64,000 nt of DNA from a virus (taxonomy: Duplodnaviria > Caudoviricetes), in the IMG/VR virus record IMGVR_UViG_3300029705_000042. One strand, written 5' to 3'. The notes below the pieces were generated by a model. It was not told the origin of the DNA, ran no database searches, and worked only from the letters and a program-made list of their open reading frames with translations. Positions 35,430 through 45,347 of the stretch are shown in pieces; position 1 is the first letter of the stretch, and each line of letters begins with the position of its first letter. Both the position numbers and the translations under genes were made by a program.

Positions 35430-36569
35430 ATGATGCGAACATATAAAATTCGACTCTTCCCTACGAAGGAACAAGAAGAATTGATATATAAGCATATTGG
35501 GTGTTGCAGATTTATTTGGAATTGGGCGTTAGAAACTAAAGAGAGTTATTATAAGGAGACTAAAAATCATTATAATACTTTCGATTTAATTAATATGATT
35601 ACCACTCTTAAGAAACAGAATGAATATTCATGGTTAAATGAAGTAAGTACAATTTCTTTGCAGACTATTTGTAGAGATTTGGATAGGGCATACAAGAACT
35701 TTTTTAATAGCGGGTTTGGTTTTCCAAAATTTAAAAGCAAGAAAAGAAGCAAATTATCTTATCCTGTTAGACAAGATGTTTTGTGTTTTACGGATGAACA
35801 TGTAAAAATTGAAAAATTAAAAAAAGTAAGATATAAAACAAATTATCAAATACCGCTAGGAAAAGATGTGAAGTTCTATAATCCAAGAATTTCTTTAGTT
35901 AACGATAAATGGATTTTGACAGTTAGTTATGAATGCGAGAATCAAGCAGTTGAATTAACTAATAAAGTTATAGGAATTGATTTAGGTGTAAAAGAACTTG
36001 CCGTTGTTGCTCATGGTAATAAAGAATATAATAATTGTTTTATTTACAAAAATATAAATAAATCTACTAAAATGAAGAATCTTCAAAAGAGGTTAAAAAG
36101 ATTGCAAAGAAAACAATCTCGTAAATATGCAACTAATGGTTCTTATGAAAAAACTTCAAATATCTTAAAAACAGAAAAACAAATTAAAGATTTATATTAT
36201 CATATTGCTAATATTAGAAAAAATTATATTCATCAAACCACCCATTCGATAGTTGAATTATTGCCATACAAAGTAGTAATGGAAGATTTGAATATCAGTG
36301 GAATGATAAAAAATAAGCATCTTGCCAAGGCAATTAGAGAACAGAACTTCTATGAATTTATTCGTCAGATGAAATATAAGTGTGAAGAAAAAGGAATTGA
36401 ATTTGTTCAAGTTGATAGGTTCTTTCCATCTTCTAAAACTTGTTCATCTTGTGGTTATTTTAAATCTGATTTGAAGTTGTCTGATAGGATATTTATATGT
36501 GAGAATTGTGGTAATGTCATTGATAGAGATTATAATGCTGCAATAAATTTAATGCAATGCGCAATATAA
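35430..36569 (+). CDS. tnpB: TnpB RNA-guided endonuclease (IS200/IS605/IS607 superfamily), no adjacent transposase
   Basis: N-terminal YKIRLFPTKEQ...GCCRFIWN; RuvC D (GIDLG), E (VMEDL), D (DRDYNAAIN); CSSC...CENC zinc finger. Confidence 0.93.
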   Translation: MMRTYKIRLFPTKEQEELIYKHIGCCRFIWNWALETKESYYKETKNHYNTFDLINMITTLKKQNEYSWLNEVSTISLQTICRDLDRAYKNFFNSGFGFPKFKSKKRSKLSYPVRQDVLCFTDEHVKIEKLKKVRYKTNYQIPLGKDVKFYNPRISLVNDKWILTVSYECENQAVELTNKVIGIDLGVKELAVVAHGNKEYNNCFIYKNINKSTKMKNLQKRLKRLQRKQSRKYATNGSYEKTSNILKTEKQIKDLYYHIANIRKNYIHQTTHSIVELLPYKVVMEDLNISGMIKNKHLAKAIREQNFYEFIRQMKYKCEEKGIEFVQVDRFFPSSKTCSSCGYFKSDLKLSDRIFICENCGNVIDRDYNAAINLMQCAI

Positions 36570-36574
36570 CACTT

Positions 36575-36761
36575 AGAAGTTAATTGTGTATATGTACCGA
36601 ATCGTTACACGGGAATTTAAGATTCTGGAGAGCCACACAAACCAGAGTAGCTTTTGCAAAATGGGGTTTGATGAATGAATAATCAACTTTAGGTCAAATT
36701 TTTATACAATAAAGGAAATTGACTTTAGTTGAATGTAACGGTATAAAGTTATAAAAATGAA
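36575..36761 (+). ncRNA. Putative TnpB omegaRNA scaffold (to ~36741) plus guide (~36742-36761)
   Basis: Directly 3' of tnpB; GTACCG...CGGGAATTTAAG...TGGAG segment, TCAACT..GTCAA/TTGAC..AGTTGA stem, ends TAACGG as I recall for IS607-type right ends. Confidence 0.6.
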
Positions 36762-36807
36762 TAAACAATAAGAATAAATGTTCTTATTTTAGCGAGGTGT
36801 ATTAATT

Positions 36808-37122
36808 ATGTTTTTTAAGGTACTTAAAAATAATAAAGTTATAGATGTACTTGATAATCTTGTTTATCTGAAATGGCAGCCCAAACATAAAACGATGGTC
36901 TTGTGCGATGAGAACGAGGCTCAGGCTATATTATCGTCTGACAAGAATACTATTTGGCATGAAGAAACATTGTATAAAATACCTGTAAGTGGATATGAAA
37001 GTGTTAGCGTTCAAGAAGTAGACGAATTTGAGTATAAGCAATTAAGAGTTCTTAATATGAAATCTCCTGAGTCTATAATTGACGAATATAATTTGCTGTT
37101 GTTAGAAATGGGGGTTATATAA
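36808..37122 (+). CDS. Small tail-fibre-associated protein (XkdW-like position)
   Basis: RBS GAGGT; ends IIDEYNLLLLEMGVI, coupled to the following XkdX-like ORF. Confidence 0.6.
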   Translation: MFFKVLKNNKVIDVLDNLVYLKWQPKHKTMVLCDENEAQAILSSDKNTIWHEETLYKIPVSGYESVSVQEVDEFEYKQLRVLNMKSPESIIDEYNLLLLEMGVI

Positions 37123-37262
37123 TGAATACATTTGTTGAATCGTTAAAGCGCTTATATCAGAGCGACAAACTGACTGCTGAAAAAGTAATTGATTTATTTA
37201 AAAACGGTAAGATTACCGAAGAAGAAAAATGGTATATTCTGAATGCTTGTAAAGAACTTTGA
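37122..37262 (+). CDS. XkdX-like small protein (46 aa, not in the ORF track)
   Basis: MNTFVESLKRLYQSDKLTAEKVIDLFKNGKITEEEKWYIL; TAATG overlap with the upstream stop; G.IT.EE...I motif. Confidence 0.7.
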   Translation: MNTFVESLKRLYQSDKLTAEKVIDLFKNGKITEEEKWYILNACKEL

Positions 37263-37319
37263 TACTTTGTATCAGAGTTTTTTATATATAAAAATTTTTA
37301 TTAAAAGGAGGAAACGAGT

Positions 37320-38204
37320 ATGGCTGAAAGAGCAAAGCATGCCTTTGGTTCGAGTGAGAACCTTCAAAGCGCCTTAAATTCAGGCGTTATAGATGCTTAT
37401 GACATTCTGTTTTTGGATGGCGATACCGAACCTAAGGTCGGCTGGGTGGACAAGAACGGCGTTGCTCGCATAGTTGAGAACGGTACTGATGTAGACCTTT
37501 CTGGCATTGAATCTGAGCTTGCAACTAAAGCCGATGCCAAAGAAGTTGATGCAAAAATTGACGAAATTGAAACGGCTTTAGACGATGTGGCAAATGCGTC
37601 TTATACTCACGAAAAGATTAAGTATGAGATTGCAGATGTTCCTGTTGGCACTCTCACAAACTATCGTGATGGCGAGATAAGAATTTGCTGTCCTAACGAT
37701 GCAGAATATCATCTGCAAAGTGTTGGTTCTGGTGGCGACGCAAACACATATTATGTGACATTTAAGACCTATGTTTACGATGATAATATTGTGGGTTACA
37801 AAGAACATCTTAATGGCGAAGCCGATGCCGAAATTTTAACCGACCTCAAAACCGATGTATATGGTCGCAGATATCAACCCACATGGCTTGGTATAGCAAA
37901 GTATGATGAGTCTACTAACACTTGGACTTATTATGGTACTAATTCTACAATTGACAAAATGATAGGTTGGGATTATCAAATTGATTTCTTTGACGCTAAT
38001 GGTGTAATGATTGCATCTGATTGCGTTAGAATTAACTTGTCTAACGAGGATTGTCACTCTTCTATTAAACCTTATTATGGGGTTTCTGAGATGACAGAGG
38101 TTGACACAAAAATTGATGAGGCGGTTGAATCCGCTAATGCTTATACGGATAAGAAGATTGCAGAAATTTCAGAAGCGGCTTCTTATGAGATTGTTGAGTT
38201 CTAA
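37320..38204 (+). CDS. Hypothetical tail-module structural protein
   Basis: RBS AAGGAGG; ANAYTDKKI stalk motif. Confidence 0.65.
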   Translation: MAERAKHAFGSSENLQSALNSGVIDAYDILFLDGDTEPKVGWVDKNGVARIVENGTDVDLSGIESELATKADAKEVDAKIDEIETALDDVANASYTHEKIKYEIADVPVGTLTNYRDGEIRICCPNDAEYHLQSVGSGGDANTYYVTFKTYVYDDNIVGYKEHLNGEADAEILTDLKTDVYGRRYQPTWLGIAKYDESTNTWTYYGTNSTIDKMIGWDYQIDFFDANGVMIASDCVRINLSNEDCHSSIKPYYGVSEMTEVDTKIDEAVESANAYTDKKIAEISEAASYEIVEF

Positions 38205-38229
38205 GTCCTAATGATGGAGGTATGGTAAT

Positions 38230-38706
38230 ATGGCGGATACGACTAGTACAAAAAGTGTCCTCTCCCTAGTGGCTACAACCTCCGATAGAGTCAAAGATTT
38301 GGTAATAAAAAATGGTCAATTAATTTTTGTCCAAGATTTAGGTAGAATTGCTTTTGATTATAAGGGCAAAAGAAAGTTTTATAACCAAATTGAAGAATTA
38401 GACACAGAGCTGACCCGTCAAACACTTGAGTCGCCTGTTAATGGAGTTTACTATTTCATTATTGAAACGGCAGTTTTATGGACTTATCGTAATAATGCGT
38501 GGGTTCAGATTACTGACAAGCCAGAAGAAATAGTATTTATAGGAACTGAATTTCCAGAATTAGGGAAAGAACAAACATTATATACTAATATTACAGATGG
38601 CAATGAGCATATTGCTGTCTGGAGTGATGAATTAAACGGCTACAAAACAGTCGCTGATAAAACACAGTCAATAACTTCTGAAGAAGTTGTTGCATTATTT
38701 AATTAA
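38230..38706 (+). CDS. Hypothetical tail-module protein
   Basis: RBS GGAGG; ends ITSEEVVALFN like neighbouring fibre proteins. Confidence 0.65.
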   Translation: MADTTSTKSVLSLVATTSDRVKDLVIKNGQLIFVQDLGRIAFDYKGKRKFYNQIEELDTELTRQTLESPVNGVYYFIIETAVLWTYRNNAWVQITDKPEEIVFIGTEFPELGKEQTLYTNITDGNEHIAVWSDELNGYKTVADKTQSITSEEVVALFN

Positions 38707-38739
38707 AATATTATTTTTTATTAAAAGGAGAAAATTACT

Positions 38740-40434
38740 ATGGCTGAACTTAAAAAATATTTAGACACTACCGCACTTGGTGCATTAGTTGACCAGATTA
38801 AGGCTGAGGACTCTAAGGTGCTTCAGGGCGCAAAAGATTACGCTAATGGTCTTGCAACAAATTATGACGCTGCTGGTTCTGCTGCTGGTGCTCTTACTGA
38901 TGCAAAGGCATATACTGACCAGCTTGCTAATGGTCAGGTCGCTACCAATAAGGCTGATATTGCAAAGCTTAATGGCAACGCTTCTACGGAGGGTTCTGTT
39001 GCAAAGGCTATTGCTGATGCAAAGGTTGTTATTGATGGTGATATAGACGCAGTTGAAGCTATTGCTAATCAGAACAAAGCAGATATTGCTACGATAAACA
39101 ATGCTGATAATGGTATTCTTGCTCAGGCTAAGGGGTATACCGATGCTGAGGCTGCTAAGGTTCAGGGTGAGGTTGATGCTCTCGAAACTTATGTTGGCAC
39201 CTTCACTCACGACACAGCTAAGACAGTTGTTGAATATATCAATGCTAAGACTGATGGTATTGCTACCTCTGGAAACCTCGAAGCTCTTGGCGCTCGTGTA
39301 ACCGCCGTAGAGGGTGATGTTACTACTATTAAGGCTAATTACCTTGATGGTGACGACAAGACTGAACTTGAGGATAAGATTACTACGGCTCAGACCGCTG
39401 CTGATTCTGCACAGGATTATGCCGAGGGTGTTGCTGGTGATTTGGCAACCGAGACATCCGAAAGAAAGGCTGCTGACGAAGCTCAGGTAGAGCGTATCGC
39501 TGCTCTTGAGGGCACAATCGTTGGTCTCTCTGGTGCTATGCACTTTGAGGGTGTTAAGGAGGCTCTTCCTGAGAATACCACTGGTTATGAGCAGGGTGAT
39601 GTAATTATCGTTGGCAATAAGGAATATGTTGCTAATGGTGATAAGTTTGTTGAGTTTGGTGATGCTACGGTAAATGCTGAAGCTATTACTGAGCTTACTG
39701 GTCGTGTATCTACTGCTGAGGGCAAGATTACAACTGCTGAGGGTAAGATAACTGCTGTTGAGGGTGCTGTTGCAACTAAGGCTGAGAAGACTTATGTTGA
39801 CGAGCAGATTGAAGCTCTTGAAGGTGTTGATACTGGTCTGAGCAATCGCATTGCAACGCTCGAAGGTAAGTTTGGTGGCGCTGAGGGTTCTGTTGAGGAC
39901 ATGATTGCTGATGCTAAGGCTGAGGCGATTGCGACGGCTGGTACAAATGCAGACACCAAGGATGCCACTGTTCTTACGAACGCTAAGAAATATACTGACG
40001 ATGAGATTGACAGGGTTGAAGCAACAATTACAACTCTTCAGGGCGTTGTTGATGGTAAGGCTGCTCAGAGTGAAGTAAATACTATTTCTGGTAAGGTTGG
40101 TACTCTTGAGACCGATATGGCTCAGGCGAAGACGGATATTGACGCCGTTGAAGCTAAGGCTGCTGCCAACGAAACAGCAATTGGCACTCTGAATACAACT
40201 GTTGCTGGCAAGGCGGCTCAGACAGACCTTGACAATGCTGTTGCTCGTATCGCTGTTAATGAAGGTGCTATTGGTACTCTGAATACAACTGTTGCTGATA
40301 AAGCTGAGCAGGACGACCTTGATGCTGCTGTTGAGAGAATTGCGGCAAACGAGACGGCAATTGCGGCAAACACTTCTGCAATTAATTCGTTCACAGCTAT
40401 TACAGCAGACGAGGTAAACGCCCTCTTCGCTTAA
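38740..40434 (+). CDS. Coiled-coil tail fibre/whisker-like protein
   Basis: Ala-rich heptads; AKAYTD motifs; strongly biased codon usage (GCT/AAG/GAG). Confidence 0.7.
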   Translation: MAELKKYLDTTALGALVDQIKAEDSKVLQGAKDYANGLATNYDAAGSAAGALTDAKAYTDQLANGQVATNKADIAKLNGNASTEGSVAKAIADAKVVIDGDIDAVEAIANQNKADIATINNADNGILAQAKGYTDAEAAKVQGEVDALETYVGTFTHDTAKTVVEYINAKTDGIATSGNLEALGARVTAVEGDVTTIKANYLDGDDKTELEDKITTAQTAADSAQDYAEGVAGDLATETSERKAADEAQVERIAALEGTIVGLSGAMHFEGVKEALPENTTGYEQGDVIIVGNKEYVANGDKFVEFGDATVNAEAITELTGRVSTAEGKITTAEGKITAVEGAVATKAEKTYVDEQIEALEGVDTGLSNRIATLEGKFGGAEGSVEDMIADAKAEAIATAGTNADTKDATVLTNAKKYTDDEIDRVEATITTLQGVVDGKAAQSEVNTISGKVGTLETDMAQAKTDIDAVEAKAAANETAIGTLNTTVAGKAAQTDLDNAVARIAVNEGAIGTLNTTVADKAEQDDLDAAVERIAANETAIAANTSAINSFTAITADEVNALFA

Positions 40435-40470
40435 TTTTAAAGTTATTTAACTAATAAGGATATAAAATAA

Positions 40471-40505
40471 AAACAGAGGACTCTTTAATTGGAGTCCTCT
40501 GTTTA
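40471..40505 (+). terminator. Hairpin terminator
   Basis: AAACAGAGGACTC...GAGTCCTCTGTTT. Confidence 0.65.
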
Positions 40506-40654
40506 ATAAGAAAAAAATAAACAGAACGAATAAAATGCGGATTTTATCATCTTTATTTATATGTGATGCGCAGATATATAAATATAAGGTGATATATCTA
40601 AAACAAAACAAATTCTCTTTAACTCTAACTTATAAATAGAAAGGAGAAAATAAT

Positions 40655-40861
40655 ATGTCAAAAAAATACGCAAGTTTAACAACCTTGCAAACATTTTTAG
40701 AAAACTTAAAAAATATTTTTGCGTCAAAAACAGAAATTTTGTCTACTTATGAAACTAAGGCTGATGCAACTTCGAAATTAACAGAAGCTAAAACTTACAC
40801 AGATAACGCAGTGGCACAAAAATCTCAAGTCCAAATTATCACTTGGGAGGAAGATGATTAA
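40655..40861 (+). CDS. Small tail-associated protein
   Basis: RBS AAGGAG; AKTYTD motif. Confidence 0.65.
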   Translation: MSKKYASLTTLQTFLENLKNIFASKTEILSTYETKADATSKLTEAKTYTDNAVAQKSQVQIITWEEDD

Positions 40862-41028
40862 TGGCTTTATATTTAGGTAATAAAATTTTTAAAATTATTT
40901 TAAACAATACAATATACAACTTAATTGTGTCGTCTTCAATCACAAATGGAATTAATCTATTATCTTCTGATAATTATATATTAAAAGATATTAATGGAAT
41001 ACTTTTAACCGCAAAGGAGAGTGAATAA
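40861..41028 (+). CDS. Small hypothetical protein (55 aa, not in the ORF track)
   Basis: MALYLGNKIFK...LLTAKESE; TAATG-coupled; contains the RBS of the next gene. Confidence 0.55.
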   Translation: MALYLGNKIFKIILNNTIYNLIVSSSITNGINLLSSDNYILKDINGILLTAKESE

Positions 41029-41031
41029 ATT

Positions 41032-42708
41032 ATGGCTGAATATAAACTTTCTTATACTGCAAGCGAAATTAACGAAAGACTAAGAATAACAGATGGTATT
41101 CAAGATAACACAGAGGCGATTGCAGACCACGAAACGAGACTTGCTCATTGTGAAAATATAGCTCAAGATGTCGAAGAAACAGTAATGCCTACGCTTCAAA
41201 CTCATGACGAAGAAATCAGTAACCTTTCAGGCGAAATTAATACTATTAATGGCGATGTGGAAGATATTGCTCAGACTTTGGAATCTGAAATAAAGCCGAC
41301 GCTGACAACGCATACCGAACAAATTAGTCAACTTTCTTCTGAGAAAGCTAATAACTCAGATGTTGCAACATTAGTGAATACAGTGTCTGAAATAGATAGC
41401 GCCTTATTTGAACGCACAAATGGCACAAGTATTTATAACCCAGATACAATGTATGAAACTGGCAAAGTGCTTAAGCTAAATGACAATTTAATTGGAACGA
41501 ATTGTATTGATAGTACAACATCTTGGGGTGGTGCAGAAAGTTGCACAACCAAATTGGTTTGTGAGCCAAATCAAAGATATGTTCTTGTTGGTGCAGATGG
41601 CAATGTTACAAATGCTTACAATGTTGGTTTGTATGATGTGAATGGAGTTCTTCTTAAATGGTATGATGCCCCTGGCAATGCTGCAATTATTGAAACTCCA
41701 GTAAACGCTTACTATATGCGTGTGTCCTTCGTAAATCAAGAACAACGTGAGAAGATACGCTCTATCCAGTATTATGAAGAATCAAAGACATTCTATGGGT
41801 ATGTAGTTGGTGAATATCCAAAACTTGTTGAAAGATTTGTTTTAAAAGAAGACAACGCCATAAAACCAATAGTGATTATCATGCACGATGGTGGTAACTA
41901 TGATAATCGTGCGGAAATTCTTGCTGAATATGGTCTACATGGAACATTCTGTATAAACTCCGATTCAATTGCTTATATGGATGTGGAATTTAAAAACCTA
42001 TTAACACAAGGGCATGATGTAGCTCTATATGGTGGTTTAGGCACACAGCCTACCACATATGTCACGGGAACGGATGATAAAACCGCTTGGTATGAGTATA
42101 TTAAAGGCGGTCTTGATGCACTTGCGGCAAAGGGCGTATATCTTCCGACACAGTATGGGTGTAGAGGACATAAAGGAAGTAAATATATTACGGAAGTCTG
42201 TCAGGAGCTTGGCTTCAAATATATTTCCTGCACTTACGAATTGCACAGCGGGGAAACTATGGATGAAGACACAGATATTGAATGGGTATCGACCTACGAA
42301 AATGACCCCGACAATGCATTATTTAGCCCAAGTGTTCTTTCCGAAGATACTACCGCAAACAGAGCTTTTGTTGATAACGCAATAACGAACAATTATATTG
42401 TTGGATTGTTTACTCACAATGTCGAAGACATAACAACTGCTTCCTATAATCTTTCTACCACGGCATATAGAGATATTCTCTCCTATGTAAAAGAAAAGGT
42501 CGATGCAGGTGAAATTGAAGCTCTTACCATGCGAGAATTTTACAACAAATATCACGATTGGGATGGACAGCAGAGAGACCACGCAAGAGCAATGGGCATG
42601 GGTTCATATGGTGCAATCGAAACGAGTGAAAGTACAAACACGACGGAAACTTGGACTTTCGAGCTTGAAGATGGTTCTACTGTCACGAAAGCGGTGGTGA
42701 TTGCGTGA
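41032..42708 (+). CDS. Tail appendage protein: constant N-terminal 100 aa + variable C-terminus with polysaccharide-deacetylase (NodB)-like domain
   Basis: MAEYKLSYTASEINERL head and coiled coil; IIMHDGG..YGLHGTFCIN..GHDVALY..LFTH; crossover site at LSSE. Confidence 0.75.
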   Translation: MAEYKLSYTASEINERLRITDGIQDNTEAIADHETRLAHCENIAQDVEETVMPTLQTHDEEISNLSGEINTINGDVEDIAQTLESEIKPTLTTHTEQISQLSSEKANNSDVATLVNTVSEIDSALFERTNGTSIYNPDTMYETGKVLKLNDNLIGTNCIDSTTSWGGAESCTTKLVCEPNQRYVLVGADGNVTNAYNVGLYDVNGVLLKWYDAPGNAAIIETPVNAYYMRVSFVNQEQREKIRSIQYYEESKTFYGYVVGEYPKLVERFVLKEDNAIKPIVIIMHDGGNYDNRAEILAEYGLHGTFCINSDSIAYMDVEFKNLLTQGHDVALYGGLGTQPTTYVTGTDDKTAWYEYIKGGLDALAAKGVYLPTQYGCRGHKGSKYITEVCQELGFKYISCTYELHSGETMDEDTDIEWVSTYENDPDNALFSPSVLSEDTTANRAFVDNAITNNYIVGLFTHNVEDITTASYNLSTTAYRDILSYVKEKVDAGEIEALTMREFYNKYHDWDGQQRDHARAMGMGSYGAIETSESTNTTETWTFELEDGSTVTKAVVIA

Positions 42709-43211
42709 ATTTCTCAAATGTAAAAGGTATGAGCATTCCCGAGGGGAATATTGTTAAAATTATGCAAGGCGACACGGTTTTGTGGCAAAAGGAAACCGAA
42801 GAAGTTATCGTCAATCTTATTGACACCGTAGGTTATATGGACAATACACGATTGTCTTCTTCCGCAGGCACGACTAAAAATAGTACGGGCAATGTTACCA
42901 CAGGCTTTATCGAATTGGGTGTTGTCGGTGATGTTTATAGGACATCAGGTGTTAATTTCTCATCTAATGGAAGTGGTTCGAATATCATCTGTTTCTACAA
43001 TTCCGCACAATCTTTCACTTCTCATAGTTTGTATTTTGGTGCGGTTAATTCCAATCAAACGGCGCAGGGTATCAATGTAACGATTGATGGTGATGGGAAC
43101 TTGACATTGACACTTAAATCCGATTTCACAAGAACGGGTGACTATATTCGTTTAACGGGTTACGGTAGCGGTGCGAACTTAATTTTGACAAAGAATCAAG
43201 AAATCGCATAA
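42705..43211 (+). CDS. Small beta-rich protein inside the invertible segment
   Basis: GTGA overlap with upstream gene; VGYMDNTRLSSSAG...TTGFI domain resembles two domains in the reverse cassette. Confidence 0.7.
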   Translation: MNFSNVKGMSIPEGNIVKIMQGDTVLWQKETEEVIVNLIDTVGYMDNTRLSSSAGTTKNSTGNVTTGFIELGVVGDVYRTSGVNFSSNGSGSNIICFYNSAQSFTSHSLYFGAVNSNQTAQGINVTIDGDGNLTLTLKSDFTRTGDYIRLTGYGSGANLILTKNQEIA

Positions 43212-43239
43212 GGAGTCAATAGAGTAAAACACAATATCA

Positions 43240-43281
43240 ATACAGAGGAACACCATCAAAGGTGGCTTCCTTCTGTATTTC
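43240..43281. terminator. Bidirectional hairpin between the two convergent cassettes
   Basis: ATACAGAGGAA..CACC...GGTG..TTCCTTCTGTAT. Confidence 0.55.
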
Positions 43282-43288
43282 GTAATAA

Positions 43289-45265
43289 TTATTCGATGGG
43301 TTCATTGATAGTGATTATGGATGTTTCGTCTATGGTGACAGCACTGACAACCATATGCGTATATTTTCCGCTTGTATTGTCGACTTCTATATAGACGATA
43401 TTTCCATCTTCATCAAGTTCAGGTTTATAACCGTCAATATATGTTTGGTTTGTTGTCAACGCTTCATAGTCAAAATTGTCAGTTATCGCAACACCCGTAC
43501 CATTAAATAAATTAAACACACAACCATAATTATCGTTAGAATTATTGACGATGTTTTTCAGATATATTTTGCAACATACACCGCTCGGCATAGCCATATA
43601 TCCCGTACAACAAGAACCTGTGTTATCTCGAAACTGTCCGCTACTTCCTGACATTCTTACATTTTCCTTGAATCCCTTGCCGTTGTATATCGTTGTTCCG
43701 TCAATATCAACAGCCGTGGGGATAAGATTAGTATAGGTCGGTGTGTCAGGTTCTTCCGTACCGCCTGTTGTAAGGTCAACGATAAACGAACTACCACGAC
43801 CAACACGGACAACATTGACTTTGTTTGTGTTATAGTCGGCAACAATGCCGTTGACAGATGCTTCGGTTATTGTTCCTGCCGTGTAAGATAAATCACTTCG
43901 CAGGTGCATACTGTCTGTTTCAACAAGAATTATCGGAATGCCGCCCGTTGTTGCTCCTACATAATCTCTGTGAACATGACCGCCAATGCAAAATTCTACG
44001 GTTGCACCGCAATCTGCATAATCACCTGTACGGGAATTATACGCATCAAGCATAGCCGTAACTGTTGAAGCATCTGTACTCAATCCCGTCAAAGGAATCG
44101 GTCTAACATCGTATTGGTTGTAATCAGGCAAATACCAAATATGCGACACAACAACGATGTGCCAACCCTCTGCCGTACCAATTAATGCCTGTTTAAGAAA
44201 TTCCTGCTGGTCGGAAGTCATACCCTTGTATGCTGTGTCAAGGAATACGTATCTTGTCTTTTCTGCGCCATTGTCGATGTAATACCAAGTCACACCACCA
44301 TGAACTATATCACTCGTTTCCTCGGCTGCAAGTAGGTACCCGTAAATATACTGTTCCGAAAAAAGATTATTTGTGGAATTCCCGTCATCGTGATTTCCAA
44401 CAACGCTATGATGATTCGGAAGGTCTTTAAGCTGTTTGCGCCATTCCCACAAGTATTCCATCGTGTCATAGTCGGTTGCTTCATCGTTGACAATATCACC
44501 ACCAAAGAATGTTTTAGACATTCCCGTGTGCTTGTACAGATATTTCAGCAAAGTGGGTGACATCTGCGAGCCGTAGTTCCAATGGCTGTCCGAATAGAAA
44601 AGAAATGCGGACTTATTCATTCCTGCGGTACAGAGCTTTTCGTTTATCTCCTGCGCTCCTGCTTCAAGGGCTGTCTGCCAATATGACGGAATAATATCTT
44701 CATTGGAATCTGTATTTTCTAATGCAGTAACTCTTGCATCTAATGCAGTTACCGAAGTCTCTAGTTCAGTAAATCTGGTATCGTCGGTGTCAATAATTTC
44801 TTCATTTACAGTGATAACTGAAGATTCATTTATATCTTGGCAGGTAATCCTAAACATTCCAATATCACCATAAGGAGGAATAGTAAATTGAATAATATTA
44901 TTAGACGAATCTTTGACAGCATTAAAATAAGAACTTAATTCCTCCATAAGATTCGCACCTGTGATATATGTTCCATCAGATGAAAAGAAAGCAATACTAC
45001 CATGACCAAATGATGAGTCTATATACATAGTAATATTTTTTAATCTAATTGTATCTCCAACAGTACCAGATATTAAACCAGTTGTATCACAATTAGCTTC
45101 AACATAAATCCCAGAACTATTTATACGAGTGTTATTCAAATAACCAACACTGCCGTCTGTTCCTATTAATATTTGCGATATGTCTATCTCTGAAACAGCA
45201 GTAAGGAGTGCATTTGTATAATTGCCTCCAATTTCATCCTTTATTTCTTCAATCTCAGAAGAAAG
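43289..45265 (-). CDS. Alternative (currently silent) C-terminal cassette: calcineurin-like metallophosphoesterase flanked by beta domains
   Basis: Motifs SDSH, GGDIVND, VGNHD, VSH, GHVH; only minus-strand long ORF in the tail module; begins at the LSSE repeat with no clear RBS. Confidence 0.8.
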   Translation of the reverse strand, partial: LSSEIEEIKDEIGGNYTNALLTAVSEIDISQILIGTDGSVGYLNNTRINSSGIYVEANCDTTGLISGTVGDTIRLKNITMYIDSSFGHGSIAFFSSDGTYITGANLMEELSSYFNAVKDSSNNIIQFTIPPYGDIGMFRITCQDINESSVITVNEEIIDTDDTRFTELETSVTALDARVTALENTDSNEDIIPSYWQTALEAGAQEINEKLCTAGMNKSAFLFYSDSHWNYGSQMSPTLLKYLYKHTGMSKTFFGGDIVNDEATDYDTMEYLWEWRKQLKDLPNHHSVVGNHDDGNSTNNLFSEQYIYGYLLAAEETSDIVHGGVTWYYIDNGAEKTRYVFLDTAYKGMTSDQQEFLKQALIGTAEGWHIVVVSHIWYLPDYNQYDVRPIPLTGLSTDASTVTAMLDAYNSRTGDYADCGATVEFCIGGHVHRDYVGATTGGIPIILVETDSMHLRSDLSYTAGTITEASVNGIVADYNTNKVNVVRVGRGSSFIVDLTTGGTEEPDTPTYTNLIPTAVDIDGTTIYNGKGFKENVRMSGSSGQFRDNTGSCCTGYMAMPSGVCCKIYLKNIVNNSNDNYGCVFNLFNGTGVAITDNFDYEALTTNQTYIDGYKPELDEDGNIVYIEVDNTSGKYTHMVVSAVTIDETSIITINEPIE

Positions 45266-45347
45266 CGAACTAGAAAAATAGTTTAATATATGATACATAT
45301 TATATACGGAAGCTTATGCTTTCAAAGATTTTTGGAGGAAATGTATT

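Larger units (their letters stand above)
41325..45272. mobile_element. Predicted invertible DNA segment (two-state shufflon-like) bounded by inverted repeats 41325-41344 and 45253-45272
   Basis: TAGTcaaCTTTCTTCTGAGA (+) and TAGTtcgCTTTCTTCTGAGA (-); both encode LSSE in the frame of their ORFs; tyrosine recombinase 75 nt away. Confidence 0.82.

Noticed and set aside
31258-36761. IStron (group I intron fused to tnpB)
   Set aside because: Intron 3 ends at 32406, 3 kb before tnpB, and no intron core motifs flank tnpB
43289-45298. Reverse ORF as an independent moron gene starting at ATG 45298
   Set aside because: No evident RBS; the first 11 codons lie outside the crossover core and the protein-like sequence begins at the shared LSSE
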